Below are positions 45,401-64,000 of a stretch of 64,000 bases of DNA, one piece after another. A program made the position numbers and the translations under genes. The notes under the pieces are model-generated. The model worked only from the letters and a program-made list of their open reading frames with translations, made no database searches and was not told the origin of the DNA. Positions within the stretch are counted from its first letter, which is position 1. The number at the start of each line of letters is the position of its first letter. The stretch is from Ranitomeya imitator (lineage: Eukaryota). Location of the stretch: the NCBI RefSeq assembly GCF_032444005.1, contig NC_091283.1, forward strand, positions 177,072,001 through 177,136,000, in the 5' to 3' direction.

Positions 45401-48400
45401 ATTGCCCAGCCACGTAGTATATTGTCCAGTTACATAGTATATTGTCCAGTTACATAGTATATTGTCCAGTTACGTAGTATATTGTCCAGTTACGTAGTAT
45501 ATTGTCCAGTTACGTAGTATATTGTCCAGTTACGTAGTATATTGTCCAGTTACGTAGTATATTGTCCAGTTACGTAGTATATTGTCCAGTTACGTAGTAT
45601 ATTGTCCAGTTACGTAGTATATTGTCCAGTTACGTAGTATACAGCACAGAGCCATGTAGCATATTGCCCAGTGACGTAGTATATTGCACAGCGAAGTAGT
45701 ATACAGCAAAGAGCCATGTAGTATATTGCCCAGCCAGGTTTGTCACAGGTGAAAAAATAAACATACTCACCTTTCTGAGGGCCCCTTGTAGTCCATGGCA
45801 GCTTCCGGTCCCAGGGTTGGTATTAGCACAGGACCTGTGATGACGTCGTGGTCACATGACCGTGACGTCATGGCAGGTCCTTCTGCCACTGGAACCTGCA
45901 ACGGAAGATGGCGGCTGGCGCGAGCTGCAACGGAGGGTGAGTATAGCAGGTTTTTTTGTTTTTTTTATTATTTTTAACATTACATTTTTTACTATTGATG
46001 CTGCATAGGCAGCGTCAATAGTAAAAAGTTGGGGTCATACAGGGTTAATAGCGGCGGTAACAGAGCGCGTTATCCCCGGCATAATCCTGTCCCTTACCGC
46101 CGGCATTAACCCTGTGTTAGCGGTGACCGGAGGGGAGTATGCGGGCGACAGGCACTGACTGCGGGGAGTAAGGAGCCGCCATTTTGTTCCAGACTGTGCC
46201 CGTCGCTGATTGGTCGCGGCAGCCATGACAGGCAGCTGGCGAGGCCAATCAGCGAATGAATAACCGTGACAGAAGGACAGACAGAAAGATGGAAGTGACC
46301 GTTAGACAATTATATAGTAGATATTATTTTTTTTTACAAAGTTTTGGGGTTTTTGTTGTTAAAAATGAACGCTACACGTTTATCGCCGTAGTGGCACTGA
46401 CCTGGAGAATGGCGTTCTCGGGTCATTGTTCTGCACAATGACCTCCGTAAGAACAAAACCCAGAGAACAATGGCCGGATTACTCCGCACTCGGAATGTTT
46501 GTTACATTATATGGTAAAGTCACGAGCGTCTTCAAAATGACATCTCGTCCAGGGAAAAAACCCACAGGTCTGAACACGGCTGTGTCCATGGCAGAACAAC
46601 AAGAAAAATAACGTTATGGCTCTTGGATGAGAGGGAGGAGAAAAGGAGCATCCCCCCTTTCAGGAAGGGGTTAATTTCTCGGCTCTGAGGTCTCTGCTAA
46701 TCCTGTCCATCACAGATCGCCCCCCCGGTGCGAGGAATCAGTGTCTGTCCCTGATTACCGATTGTCGTCATTTCTGCTTCTTATCTAGAACTCCTCTGGG
46801 AATTAGAGGAAGATGCCGCGGTGGATTTAAGTCACCGGTAAGTCGGGGGATGTGAATAGGTAAGGTGGTCACCACTTTTCATTCGAAATTTTTTTTATCC
46901 CCACCCGTCAGCACTTCATGACCTCTGGGACCCCCACCAATTTTTACATAATTATTATTTATATAGCTCCATTGATTCCATGGTGCTGTAGATGAGAAGG
47001 GGTTACATACAGATATCGCTTACAGTAAGCAGAGTAAGGGTATGTGCACACGATGCGGATTCTCTGCGGATCCGCAGCGTTTTTTGAGCTGCAGAAACGC
47101 TGCAGATCCGCAATTGATTTACATTACAATGTAAAACAATGAGAAAAAAAAAAGCTGTGCACACTTTGCAGAAAATCTGGTGCGGAAATGCTGCGGATTA
47201 AAAGAAGTAGCATGTCACTTATTTTTTGCGGATCTGCAGCGTTTTTGTACCCATTCCATTATAGAAATCTGCAGGGGTAAAAAAAAACGCAGTAAAACCG
47301 TAAAAAAAAAAAAAAAAAAAACGCACAAAAAACGCGACAAATCCGCAGATGCGTTTTCTGCCAGGAGAGGCAGAATCCGCACCAGAAATTCCTAAGGCAA
47401 CGTGTGCACATAGCCTCACAATGACGGACTGATACAGAGGGGCGAGGACCCTGCTCTTGCGGGCTTACATTCTATAGGATTATGGGGAAGGAGACAGTAG
47501 GGTGAGGGTTGCAGGAGCTCTGGTGTTGGTGAGGCGGTAGCTTCGGTAGTGATGAGGAGGCAGCGGGGTCAGTGCAGGCTGTAGGCTTTCCTGAAGAGAT
47601 GGGTTTTCAGGTTCCGTCTGAAGGATCCGAATGTGGTTGATAGTCGGACGTGTTGGGGCAGAGAGTTCCAGAGGATTGGGGATATTCGGGAGAAGTCTTG
47701 GAGGTGATTGGATGAGGAGCGAATAAGTGTGGAGGAGAGGAGGTCTTGGGAGGACCGGAGATCACGTGTCGGGAGATTAGTTCAGAGATATATGGAGGAG
47801 ACAGGTTATGGATGGCTTTCTGGGTCAGTATTAGTAATTTGAACTGGATACACTGAGGGAATGGGAGCGAGTGAAGAGATTTGCGGAGGAGTAGCGAGGA
47901 GAGAGATGAATTAGTCGGGGAGCACATTAAAGGGGTCCTCATGCCAGTGTAGTGCTGCACCCTTTTCTAAGTGATCCCTGCAGCAGCAGCACCCAGACGG
48001 CCTGTGCAGTGATCTGTAGCCGGATCCATTCACTTGAATGGGGCTGTACTAGTTTTGCTCGCCCAAAAGGCCACCTAGAAAAAAACAGTAAGGCGTATGC
48101 AGCGCTACATCAACCCCACCATTTTTAGGATCTGGTCTGACCACACACATACACACACTTTAAAGTGATGGCATATACCAAGAACCAGACTTTTTTTGTA
48201 AACTTCTTTCCAGGATATAAGCGGCGCCGTGTTTTTCTTTTTTTTTTTTTGGGGGGGGGGGCCACTCGCAGCACCCCTGTAGGAAAAAAAACAACTGCTT
48301 GCCCGGGGCCAACGTGCAATGACATCAGTGTGTGGTCTGGAGCGGACACGTGGTGGAACCGCAGCTCTTACACGCTCCTCTATCTGCAGGTCCAATCTCC

Positions 48401-49683
48401 AAGTGTCAGCAAAGCTCCGGCAGCTCATGAAGAAGATCTGCAGAGAGAGATCTCTGATCTGAAGCACAAGGAACGTAACTTAGATGAAGAAATAAGGAAA
48501 CTTGAAGCCGAGTAAGTAAACATGGAGGTGATGGTAGTGATACATGTTGGTATATGAGGAGTGGTCCGCAGTAGCTCCATGTCATTACCGGTATCTATTT
48601 TCTCCAGAGGCTTCTGCGTAGACGAACTGGACGAGCACATCTCCCTTCTCCATGAATACAATGAGTTAAAAGACACAGGACAGATGTTATTAGGCCGACT
48701 AGGTAAGAATTCTCCTAAACGTCCAGACGATTTAACCTCTGACACTAATGTATAGGTCCCAGTACAACAATGGAAATGCTACCTGTCTTGTAGTAATCCG
48801 ATGTGCCAGCGCTGAGAAATTGAGCTTTGAAGAAACATGCAAATTAGCCAGTAAGTGCATTGGGGGTGGGCTAATATTGAATGTTGACACGCCTCACTGC
48901 ACTTCCTGTGTAATTTGCATGTTGCTTAAAAGCTGGATTTCTCAGCGCTGGCACATCGGATTACTATAAGACGGGTCTAGTTTTTATTGTTTTAGTAGGA
49001 GCTATACAACCCTACCACTTATTTCTGTAGTAAAATCGTCCTGAATGGTTCCCTTTAAGATATTATCATGACTCCCTAACTTTTTAGGGGGTACTATGGC
49101 ATCTACTAATCAGCCAGTGAATTTAGGGGCCGCACCACATGATCCTTCTTAGCCTGGCACAGCAGAGGTGGAGGGCCACTGCATTAGAAGAAATTGTCTC
49201 TTAAAGGGATTGTCTGTAATTTAGAAAATTATCCTGTGATGTGATTTTTTTTTTTTTTTTTATTATTAGTGTTCTTTGAAAAACAAACATTTGAAGAGCC
49301 TCCTTGTAGAATTCTGCATTGTGATGTTCCTCTCTTGTTCTTCCTGGAAATCTATAGAAAGGATGGTAACACCCAATTATCAATGTATGTTTGTATTTCC
49401 ATGAGGAATAAGAGGGCCGTCACAGAACAGTAAAGTCTTATGGATGTAGGACAAAGGAGATGCATTATGTCTATGGTACATTTTGCAATGCGGGAAGTCA
49501 CCCTCCTGTGGTCTGCATTGGAAGGAATAGCTATTGGGGAACTGGGTGAGAAGCCGTCCGTGCGGTGATTCGTTGACCTGTGACTAATGCCGGGCATTAT
49601 GACATGTTTTGTCCACAGCTGCCGTCAGAGGAGTCACCACCAAGGATCTGTACGCAGAATTCGGACTGGACTTGGACGATTGA
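42464..49683 (+). CDS. SWI5: DNA repair protein SWI5 homolog
   Basis: Exons: 42464-42492 (tentative), 46789-46837, 48390-48511, 48608-48702, 49619-49683 (TGA). Phases chain. C-terminus GFCVDELDEHISLLHEYNELKDTGQMLLGRLAAVRGVTTKDLYAEFGLDLDD matches the Swi5 family; head-to-head with GOLGA2 as in human. Confidence 0.9.
42624..44910. repeat. 43-bp minisatellite (~53 copies) in SWI5 intron 1
   Basis: Unit ACTATGTACACGTCTCCTGATTCTGGGGTGTCCCTGTCCCCCC. Confidence 0.98.
45334..46321 (-). mobile_element. Non-autonomous Helitron with internal 20-bp tandem repeat
   Basis: On the minus strand: 5' A|TCTACTATAT, 3' CCAG|T with subterminal hairpin CCCGA..TCGGG; no TSD. (TATTGTCCAGTTACGTAGTA)n at ~45390-45740. 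Confidence 0.75.
46789..46837 (+). CDS. SWI5: SWI5 exon (TPLGIRGRCRGGFKSP)
   Basis: ttatctag acceptor, gtaagt donor, F(K/R)SP motif. Confidence 0.8.
46948..47935 (-). mobile_element. 5'-truncated L2 LINE, interrupted by MITE
   Basis: HSLPFPQCIQFKLLILTQKAIHNLSPPYIS resembles the L2 RT C-terminus; 3' tail with (AAT)n-like end at ~46950. Confidence 0.75.
47038..47415. mobile_element. Harbinger-like MITE
   Basis: GGGTATGTGCACACG...CGTGTGCACATAGCC; TAA/TCA flanks. Confidence 0.8.
48390..48511 (+). CDS. SWI5: SWI5 exon
   Basis: 122 nt coiled-coil EEDLQREISDLKHKERNLDEEIRKLEAE; gtaagt donor. Confidence 0.9.
48608..48702 (+). CDS. SWI5: SWI5 exon
   Basis: 95 nt, conserved LHEYNELKDTGQ. Confidence 0.95.
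49619..49683 (+). CDS. SWI5: SWI5 last coding exon
   Basis: gtccacag acceptor; stop TGA at 49681-49683; AATAAA at ~50032. Confidence 0.93.
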
Positions 49684-50599
49684 GGATGAATTTCATCTTT
49701 GCCCCAGTTCAGATCTGGCCTATGGACTGTATGTACTCCTCTGTGCGCCAAATGTTGTTTGCGCCCCTTACCCTATGAACAGTTTCCTTCTTAATCAGAT
49801 CCAAGAATGGGGGTGTCCTTATCACAGAGTGCACAGGTCAGGGAGCTCGTCTACACCCCATCTCTGCACTTTTACAAAGCCGTTGGCTATGTGTCGCCAA
49901 ATCGGTGTTGAATAAGCAATTCTACCTTGCTCTCATTGGTCGGTCTTTCAAAGTTTGACCTGCTGAATAGTTTGCACGGGTGGCAGGTTTTATTATAAAA
50001 GTTAGAAATGTATCTAATTGTATATTTGTTAAATAAAATATCTAAAATAAAATCCATAGTTGATTGGTGTCATTAATAATGTAACATCCGGCGATGTTCC
50101 AATATCTGCTGTGACTAGTAGGAAACGGAATGTTATCCTCTTTTGAGCCACAAGGTGGCAGTGTACAGGACACATGTTCCATTACTCCTGTACAAACATT
50201 GCTTCCTTGTGGTTTTTTTTAACCCCTTCCTGATGTGGCAATTTTTTATTTATTTGTTCTCCCAAGAGCCATAACTTTAAAAAAATATACATATCTCAAA
50301 TTTGGAGCAAACTCTATACCTGGCCGGTTGAGCTTAGCTGCTGCTTACTTTATCAGGAACGTGCTATTGATTTGTGCAGCGTGATGTCATGACTTATGAT
50401 GCCACCATGGTGTGTCACTTTTGTGTCACTTTTGCCCCCTTTTTACATGCAGGTGTGGCAATTGCCAGTGGCAGCTGAGGGGTTAAATTGCAGCTCTGGT
50501 CGCTGCTGGTTCTGTAACCCGGGGGCAGGTGTGAGACCCTGACAGTGCCCCCTGCCCCATTACAAGGGTTAGGTCCTAACCAGACTGCAGCTCTGCTTC

Positions 50600-51100
50600 C
50601 ATTCACTTCAATGGGAGCTGCAGCAGAACCTCCTGCAAGGCACGCTGGGAGTTGTAGTGCCGCAGCTGCACATCTCCCCCACCCACAGGATAAGGCCAGT
50701 GCCCGCCCGCCCGCTCTGCCATCCGCTACTCCGGTCTGTGCTCACTGCTCTGCCTTCACCTCCCGACATGCCTTGCGCCGCGCCGCCTCAGGTGCTGCTC
50801 TGCAGTGCCAGGTAGCGAGGGCCGGACTACAACTCCCAGCAGCCCCTGGCATCACGTGCTGCGCGGAGGGCGGGGCCTGGTGTCTCCGCATGTCAGGGCT
50901 GCTCCCGGAAGATCTTAGTGCACCCGGGCCGGGCGGAGAAGGACGTCAGACGGCCGGCGGGGGCTGCGAGCTGCCGAGTACTGCAGGTCAGTGTGCGGAG
51001 TCACCACCGGCCCCGTGTTCTCACTGTGCGCGCACTACAACTCCCAGCATGCACCGCACATCCCCCGCAGTACCGCGCTGCCCTCATCTGTACACACAGT
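50600..51100 (+). promoter_or_regulatory. CpG-rich probable SLC27A4 promoter / non-coding first exon
   Basis: CpG-dense; three ACTACAACTCCCAGC motifs (50644-58 reverse, 50826-40, 51034-48); GC box; possible donor GCAG|GTCAGT at ~50986. The first coding exon has an acceptor at 55391, implying an upstream UTR exon. Confidence 0.65.
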
Positions 51101-51388
51101 GTGTCTCTCCATTAGTCGCCATTGTGCACATACACGTTCCGCACCCTGCGGTTTTCTGCCCTGATTGTGGCGTTTTTATTGCGTGTTTCCTAAGCTTTGG
51201 TTCGCATTAGTTTGAATTATTCTATGCGTTTTTATTATCCCAGGGTTTCTGCGTTTAGAAAAAAACAATTCCAATGTTACATGCGGTTTTTTATTATCCT
51301 CTCCATAGGAGCCTATCAGGGGGAAAAACGCACCCAAAGCAAGCGGATGTGCCAGCAACCCCCGACCGCTGTGCGGCTAAAGACGCCG

Positions 51389-51420
<32 letters not shown>
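51389..51420. repeat. (ATT)n microsatellite
   Basis: Direct reading. Confidence 0.95.
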
Positions 51421-51591
51421 CGCTGTCTTTAACTGCACAGCGGTCAGGTGTTATAATATATTCCCAGGGGTGGTCGGGCCAGGGGTGGTCAGCAGCGCCT
51501 CTGTCTGCTGACCGGTGACCTCTGACCCTGCTGCCAGCGCTGGGCAGAGGGGGAAGCTTTGGTTATTGTTTATGAGGGCTCGTGATACGTT

Positions 51592-51600
<9 letters not shown>

Positions 51601-51673
<73 letters not shown>
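51601..51673. repeat. (TA)n microsatellite
   Basis: Direct reading. Confidence 0.98.
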
Positions 51674-51675
<2 letters not shown>

Positions 51676-54600
51676 TCTGATTAGAATGTATCCTCTACAT
51701 CTATAAGAATGCATAAGCTGCCCCCTACCCTGTACCTGCAGGACGTCCTATAATCTATGGCTTTCTGACAGATCTTCGTGCCTGAAGGTATAGCAGCAGT
51801 GATTGGGATGATTTGGCATCTTTGACAGGGATGGGGGGAGGGGGAACTTCCATAACTAAATTCTGTAAAAATCTCTCTAAGGGCTCGTTCACACCAGGGC
51901 TGTGGAGTCGTAAGCCAAACCTCCACCTCCTCAATTCCTCCGACCCCACAGCACAGATTCCCCTCCACTGACAGCCCGGATGCTTCGTGCTCGTACCTTT
52001 GATATTCTGTGGGGATATGCACTTCTTACTTTTTTTCCGATCGGGCAAAGTGTTCCGTTGAACACCGCAGAGACTCGTCCGATTTTGATCCAAGGGTCAG
52101 GTCAAAAGTGTCAATGCAAGTCAATGGGGCCTTAATAAATCGGACTGCAAAGTCTCTACAGAATAATTGGACTGTTTTTATTTTCGCAACATCTGAATGA
52201 GGCCTTAAGGGAAGCTGTCACTGGATTCCTGCTGCCTGCAGCGCTGGCAGGAAGGATCAGATCCTGGCTGTACATTTGTCAGGACGGCCGGGGACCGCAG
52301 AGATGGGACTAGTCCGGCACGGTGGCCCTGCATAAGACAATTTTTGATATTTCAGACAACCGCACACATTTTTACCGAAAATTGCTGCATGAGTTGATGC
52401 AGTGGAATCTACTGTATGAGACTCTGGTCAGAGATCTCATCTGTCTGACCATCGTACTACTGTTCATTTTTAGAAGCGGGCCATTAGATCCATATTCAGC
52501 AAGCCGTATGTTGAAAATATACACTGGCTTTAAAGGGATCATACAGATTGAACACTCACTTACCGCATGACACATCCCCCTACAGTGACCCCCACTATCA
52601 CCTGTCATAGGCACCCTGGGTGCTTCTGCAGCATTTCGTAGTTTTGAGCTACAGGTTGGAGACCACTGCTGTATAGTGGAAGCCCCCGGCTTGCAGACAA
52701 TGTTGAGTCGCAGTAGTATGACTGCAGATAGTACCATATATTCGGGGGAGGTTGGCATGTCAGGAGTTAATCGGCTTGCTTTCACCTTTGCCAGTGCAAT
52801 CCTGGTGACCGCCATGGGTGCTGCGCTCATTAGGTAGTGACCTTACGTCTCCTCATCCTCTTAGACATGAGGTGTCGGCTAATAAGCTTTACTTCCTCCA
52901 TATGACATTAACCTGTTATTATCCAGAGCCGGCAGCCGCAGCTGTTTTGTGACCATGGATGTACATATTCTGCCTCTGCCCTGCTATAACCCGGGTGGCA
53001 CGCACTTCTGTCTGTTTGCCATCCGCAGCATCACTTACTCCCCCCTCCCCGTGGGGATGACTGCGGTGTGTAGTGATAGATGTCACCCTGAGCGGTGATT
53101 CATTAACCCCCGAGTGTGCATTTCACAACATTCGTCGCACAACACCAAACCAAAGTGAACTCTCACCTAGTTTTTGGAGAACTCGCTGAGAGTCGTCTGC
53201 TGCGCAGCCCAAAAAATAGGTCATCGCTTCTGCTGAAAAGTCGCATTTGGCCAATTAAGGGTCCCCCCGTTACTATTTCCCTGCATCTTTGTCCTCCGTC
53301 ATTAATTTTCAGTTCCTTGGAAAGCTGGAAGACAACCAAAATAGCCAATATTACATCAAATGCTAAAGTGTGTGAGTGCAGATTGCCCCTGCTCATAAAA
53401 AATGCGTGTCACCCAGCTTTCCTAGGAACAGAAATCCTTTATTGTGGTTGGCCCACAAAGTACATGATGTGACTGATTTCTGAGGTTATACCATGGGAAT
53501 ATGCACGGATCACGAAGACGAGGGTCGTGGATCGGACCCTTGTAACCTTCAGGAGTTCCAGTGGTGGAATCCCAGCTATGACCCTATTACCGTGACATGA
53601 CGATGAATCCATCCCTGCCCCGACTCCTCAATTCTCAGTCCACGTCAGGTGCCTAATAATTTTCCCATCCATCTGCAGAATATTTGAAGACCACCTGTGT
53701 CTGGTAATAAGGCGGTTTGACAGCAGGAAGATATTTGCAACGAAGCGGAGACCATCAGCAAGTAGTAGAAGGCAATGAATTGTCTCGTATATCAGAAATA
53801 TATTTTTGATCACTCAAGCAATAGAGAAGTGGCGTGATCATGCACAGCCGTATTCGGGGGGGGGGGGGGTAGCGGGTAGGCCCCCTTAGAGCAGAGTTAA
53901 TTGCAGGGGTCCTGCTGTTCCTTGCTCCTTCTTGCAGGGATTTTGGGGCTTATATGGCATCGGTAAATGCACTTGAGCAGCAGGTTAACTATACAAAGAG
54001 GTTGGGGGGGGGGCATCCTAGAATGATGACCCCGTAAATATTCCTTCCATACCCAATAGTATATACAGGCTTGGTTGTAACTATCCCTTTAAGCCTGGGG
54101 AAGGGCACATGGTTGTAGAGATGTTGTACCCATCCATGTGTTACTGCGGGCTCGTCAGTATGGTGAGGGTTGTACGGCGGGCGGTGCCGGCCTGTGTTAG
54201 GGTTATTAGCTCGTAAAATGGGAGTTTGCTCCTCTGATACGACCAGATAATAATAATCTCCGCAGCTGTGAAGGTCAGTCCCGAGTGTGGCAGCAGCTCC
54301 CCGCCCTGCCAGCGCGGTGGATGCCAGTCGCTCGCCTGTCGCGGTGACAATCACCTGAATTGTTCCCTGTCGCCTTCTCTCTCCTTTTCCATTTTGTCTA
54401 GTGGCATAGAAATCACTTTAATGTATAGAGCGTGTGCGTGTCCACGTGTGTCTCTCCCAGCCAGAGCCACAGGGGGCCCCCATGGATCTTTCCCCCAGGT
54501 CCCGGCCGGACCCCACATTCTCCTCCCCCCACCCCGGCCCCTGTCCCAGTCAGAGCGGTAAGGGGCCTGTAAGGAGCTTTCCCCCCACGTCCCGGGCAGA

Positions 54601-55395
54601 GCGGCGAGGGGCTTCCCCACCAGGGAGAAAACATATCCCTCCACCAATGATGATGTGGGCCCAATAGTTGACTTCCAAGAGAGTGTGGACCCATACGGTC
54701 CCCCCCATAACACTTATCACCCAATGATGCCCGCTAGGTCTTTTCTTTGACAGCGACGGCCCGATAGTTCCTATTCCAAGGACCCCACACTCTTCTCTTA
54801 TTCTGGTGTGATAATCCTCTATCATTGTGTGTCCGGACTTTCTTACAGGAATATGTCGTCCTGTTGCCCCCGGTGACCAGGTGCAGTTTTCACTGCCGTG
54901 TTTTAGCTCCTGACACTAGTGTAGATATGCGCGGCACTTGTCCATAGCAGCCAATCGGGTTCCTGCTTTCACTGTGCAAGAATTGGGTTTAAAATAACAT
55001 CAGTGATCTGATTGGTTACTTGCATGGGGCGCGTTAGAAGATGTGAGCATGCTCTGTGCCCCCTTCAATAAGCTTTATTTAGAAGAACAGATTTTGACAA
55101 TCTATAGGATGTTTTGGCAATGAGGCACATGGCAGCGCGCCAGGAAGCTTTCAGCAGCTGTCACTTTCAGGGCGGCTGTTTCTGCATAGTAGTGATGATA
55201 CATATAATCCACGTGGAGTAATGATTCCGTCCAGACACACAGGAATGGTTTGCTTGTTTCTATGACCTGATCTTTGCCCCCTTCCTAGACCTGCCCTTGC
55301 CCCGGTGCAGGTGACGTGGGCGCGGTGAAAACTGTCAGTATAAGAGCAGATCTGGGTACAGTGCTGACTCTGACCGCCTCTCCGCTTACAGGAAG

Positions 55396-61723
<6,328 letters not shown>

Positions 61724-61977
61724 GTATGTGCATATATGTGTATCTTTTCTATGCGTATAGAGATTATAGTATAAAGGAAGATTAAAAGTGATTATTACAC
61801 TTGCACCATTTATCCTCTATCCACAGATTGCAGGTACCTAATCATGAGGGTCCCGTGTGCCCACTTCTCTATGGGTCATACGTGCACACCACCACACAGA
61901 CCCTCAGTAACCATTCACTTATCGCCTGTCCTATGGATAGGTCATAAATATGGTTCGTGGCATAACCTCTTTAAGTT

Positions 61978-64000
61978 TTAACCCGTTAACAATCAGACCT
62001 GACCGGTTTTGTTGCCGATCGGGGCCAATTAACCCCACTGCCAATCCCAACAGAGGTTTATAAGTGGTTAAAAGGGCATTAAAGACCCGCTATGGCAGGA
62101 TCAACCCCCTGCGATAAAAATGCAGCATTTCTGATAAAACAGAGATTAAAAAAAGACACATCATTCGTAACGACCTGATCTGTAAAACTGGCACATTATT
62201 CATTTCGTACGGCGAATACCATGAAAAAAAATAAAAACACTAATAATGACACTTTTTATTGTTTTCCCGAACGAATGAGTTATATTAGGGCTTGTGTTTT
62301 TTCGGGACGACTTGGCGTATTTATTTATACTATCTACTTATATAATCACCAGGTGGGACTTCCGGACGCTGTCCCCGAATCCCGTAAGGCACCGCGGCAG
62401 TTCGTATTTCTAAATAAATACGCCGAATCGTCCCGCAAAACACAAGCCCTAATATGACTCATTCATTCAGGAAAACAATAAAAAAGTTAGTTCTCAGAAT
62501 ATGGTGATGCAAAAATAAATTCATTTTTGTAAAATATTGTTTTTATAGTCTGTAAAAAGAGCAAAGCATAAAACCCAATCTAAATCTGGTATCGCTGTAA
62601 TCATACCCAACAAACAAATCGTTTTTATCACTTTTACCATAGGGTAAACGGCACATGAAAAAAATAGATAAAAACAATTACCAAATTTCTGTTTTTTGTT
62701 CATTTTGTGTCTGAAAAATCTGATTAAAAATTGTTCACAAAATGTTGTGGCCCAAAATGGTACAAAAAAAAAATCTGCAAATCGTCGTGCAAAAAATAAG
62801 CCCTCATACAGCACTGTTTGCCAAACAATAAAAAAAGTCACAGCTCTAAGAATATGGCGACAAAATAACTTTTTTGTGCAAAAAAAGCTTTTTTACTGTA
62901 TGATGGCAGCAAAACCTAAAAAAACTGTGAATCTGGTATCGCTGGAATCACACCGACCCGAAGAGTCAAGTCGCCTGATCACTTATGCCGCATGAGGAAC
63001 GGCATAAAAATTAGAATTATTCTTGTACTTGTTTGTTCATTCTACCCCAAAACAATTGGAATAAGGCTGGGTTCCCATTGCGTTATGGGACCGCATTTAA
63101 TGGACAGCGTTGCACGGCGAAATTAACGCCGTGCAACGCGTCCGTTAACGCGCCCATTGAAGGCAATGTGAACGCGCTTCACCATGTTCGGCACGCGCTA
63201 GCGACGCGCCGGTGATTCCTGGCGCGCCGCGGACGCTGCTTGCAGCGTCCGAGGCGCGCCCGCGGTCCGTTCCCCGCTCTCGCAGATCGGGGATCTGCGA
63301 GAGCGGGGACGTTACCGCGACCGCAGCCCCATAGAAAACATTGCGTTAGCGCAATCCGCTAGCGCTAAACGGATTGCACTAACGCAATGTGACCCTAGCC
63401 TAAGGCTCGGTTCAGATTTATCCTGCGCTCTCCGCTGAGCGCTTGTGTAGGGGTTTCTGTGTAAATTCTCCAAAACTGCGATTCGGACAAAACCCGGACA
63501 GAACTTATGAGGCAGATGGAGTCACATTGGACTGGTTTGTGTTCCGGTGGTGTCCCGTCATTTTAGGTATCTTTTTTGCACACAAGTGTGGGCGACCACA
63601 GATCAGTGGACTCCTAAAAAGATGGAGACTTCCGGAAGAGACGCCAAACGGAGTACGAAGTGTCTCTATCTGCCTCATGGTGGATGGTTCCATTGCGGGT
63701 ATCATCTGAATCACATTTTTGTGGGATTTACACAGAAAAACCGAGGTAATTGATGAGCGTAGAACACAAGAATGTGATCCAGCCTTATACCTTATACTGG
63801 GAACAATCCAAAAATATTATGTACCCCAAAATGTTACCGATAAAAACCCTAATTTATCCCTCACAAAACCAGCCCCCATTGAGGTCCGTCATCTGTCACT
63901 GGAACTATAGGGGGTTCCCACGTTACTGGTAGAAGAAAGACTCTGGAAAAGTGACATGGCTCTAACCCCCGCAAATAAAATCCAGTGAAATCTCCATTCC
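61978..64000. mobile_element. AT-rich non-autonomous DNA element related to 35280-35960, carrying MITE insertions
   Basis: Shared motifs (gtatcgctgtaatc..acccgaag, caagccctcatacagc) with the piggyBac-like element. Confidence 0.55.
63065..63400. mobile_element. Harbinger-like MITE
   Basis: GGCTGGGTTCCCATTGCG...GCAATGTGACCCTAGCC with TAA TSD (63062-64, 63401-03); same family as 17629-17939. Confidence 0.8.

Noticed and set aside
50545-51210. 221-aa Ala/Pro-rich ORF
   Set aside because: Typical stop-poor CpG-island artefact with no recognisable domain.
54640-54740. ATGATGA C-box-like motif suggesting an intronic C/D snoRNA
   Set aside because: No CTGA D box or terminal stem at a plausible distance.

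Overview
Eukaryotic (vertebrate, most likely anuran; inferred from repeat families and gene sequences) genomic window with two assembly gaps (4309-4477, 32511-32649). Three protein-coding genes can be rebuilt from GT-AG exons whose phases chain correctly. (1) The 5' part of GOLGA2/GM130 on the minus strand: 12 exons, 26233 down to 5199, continuing beyond the window start. (2) A divergent, apparently complete SWI5 on the plus strand, ~42464-49683. (3) The first 8 coding exons of SLC27A4/FATP4 on the plus strand, 55396-61723, continuing past the window end. The rest is dense with repeats. There is a nearly reconstructable Penelope-like retroelement (RT + GIY-YIG) with a hammerhead-ribozyme-like motif at its 3' end. 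A full-length but decayed DIRS retrotransposon (ITR/ICR, gag, RT/RNaseH, methyltransferase-like domain, tyrosine recombinase) sits inside a Tc1 relic and itself carries a solo LTR and a MITE. A second Tc1 element hosts a piggyBac-like element with telomere-like repeats, a solo LTR and another Tc1. A Helitron, L2 fragments, hAT and Harbinger MITEs and several minisatellites are also present. One minisatellite is a ~3.7 kb CCAAT/forkhead-motif array abutting the GOLGA2 promoter. No prokaryote-type systems are present. Gene names rest on recalled similarity to human proteins; no database search was run.
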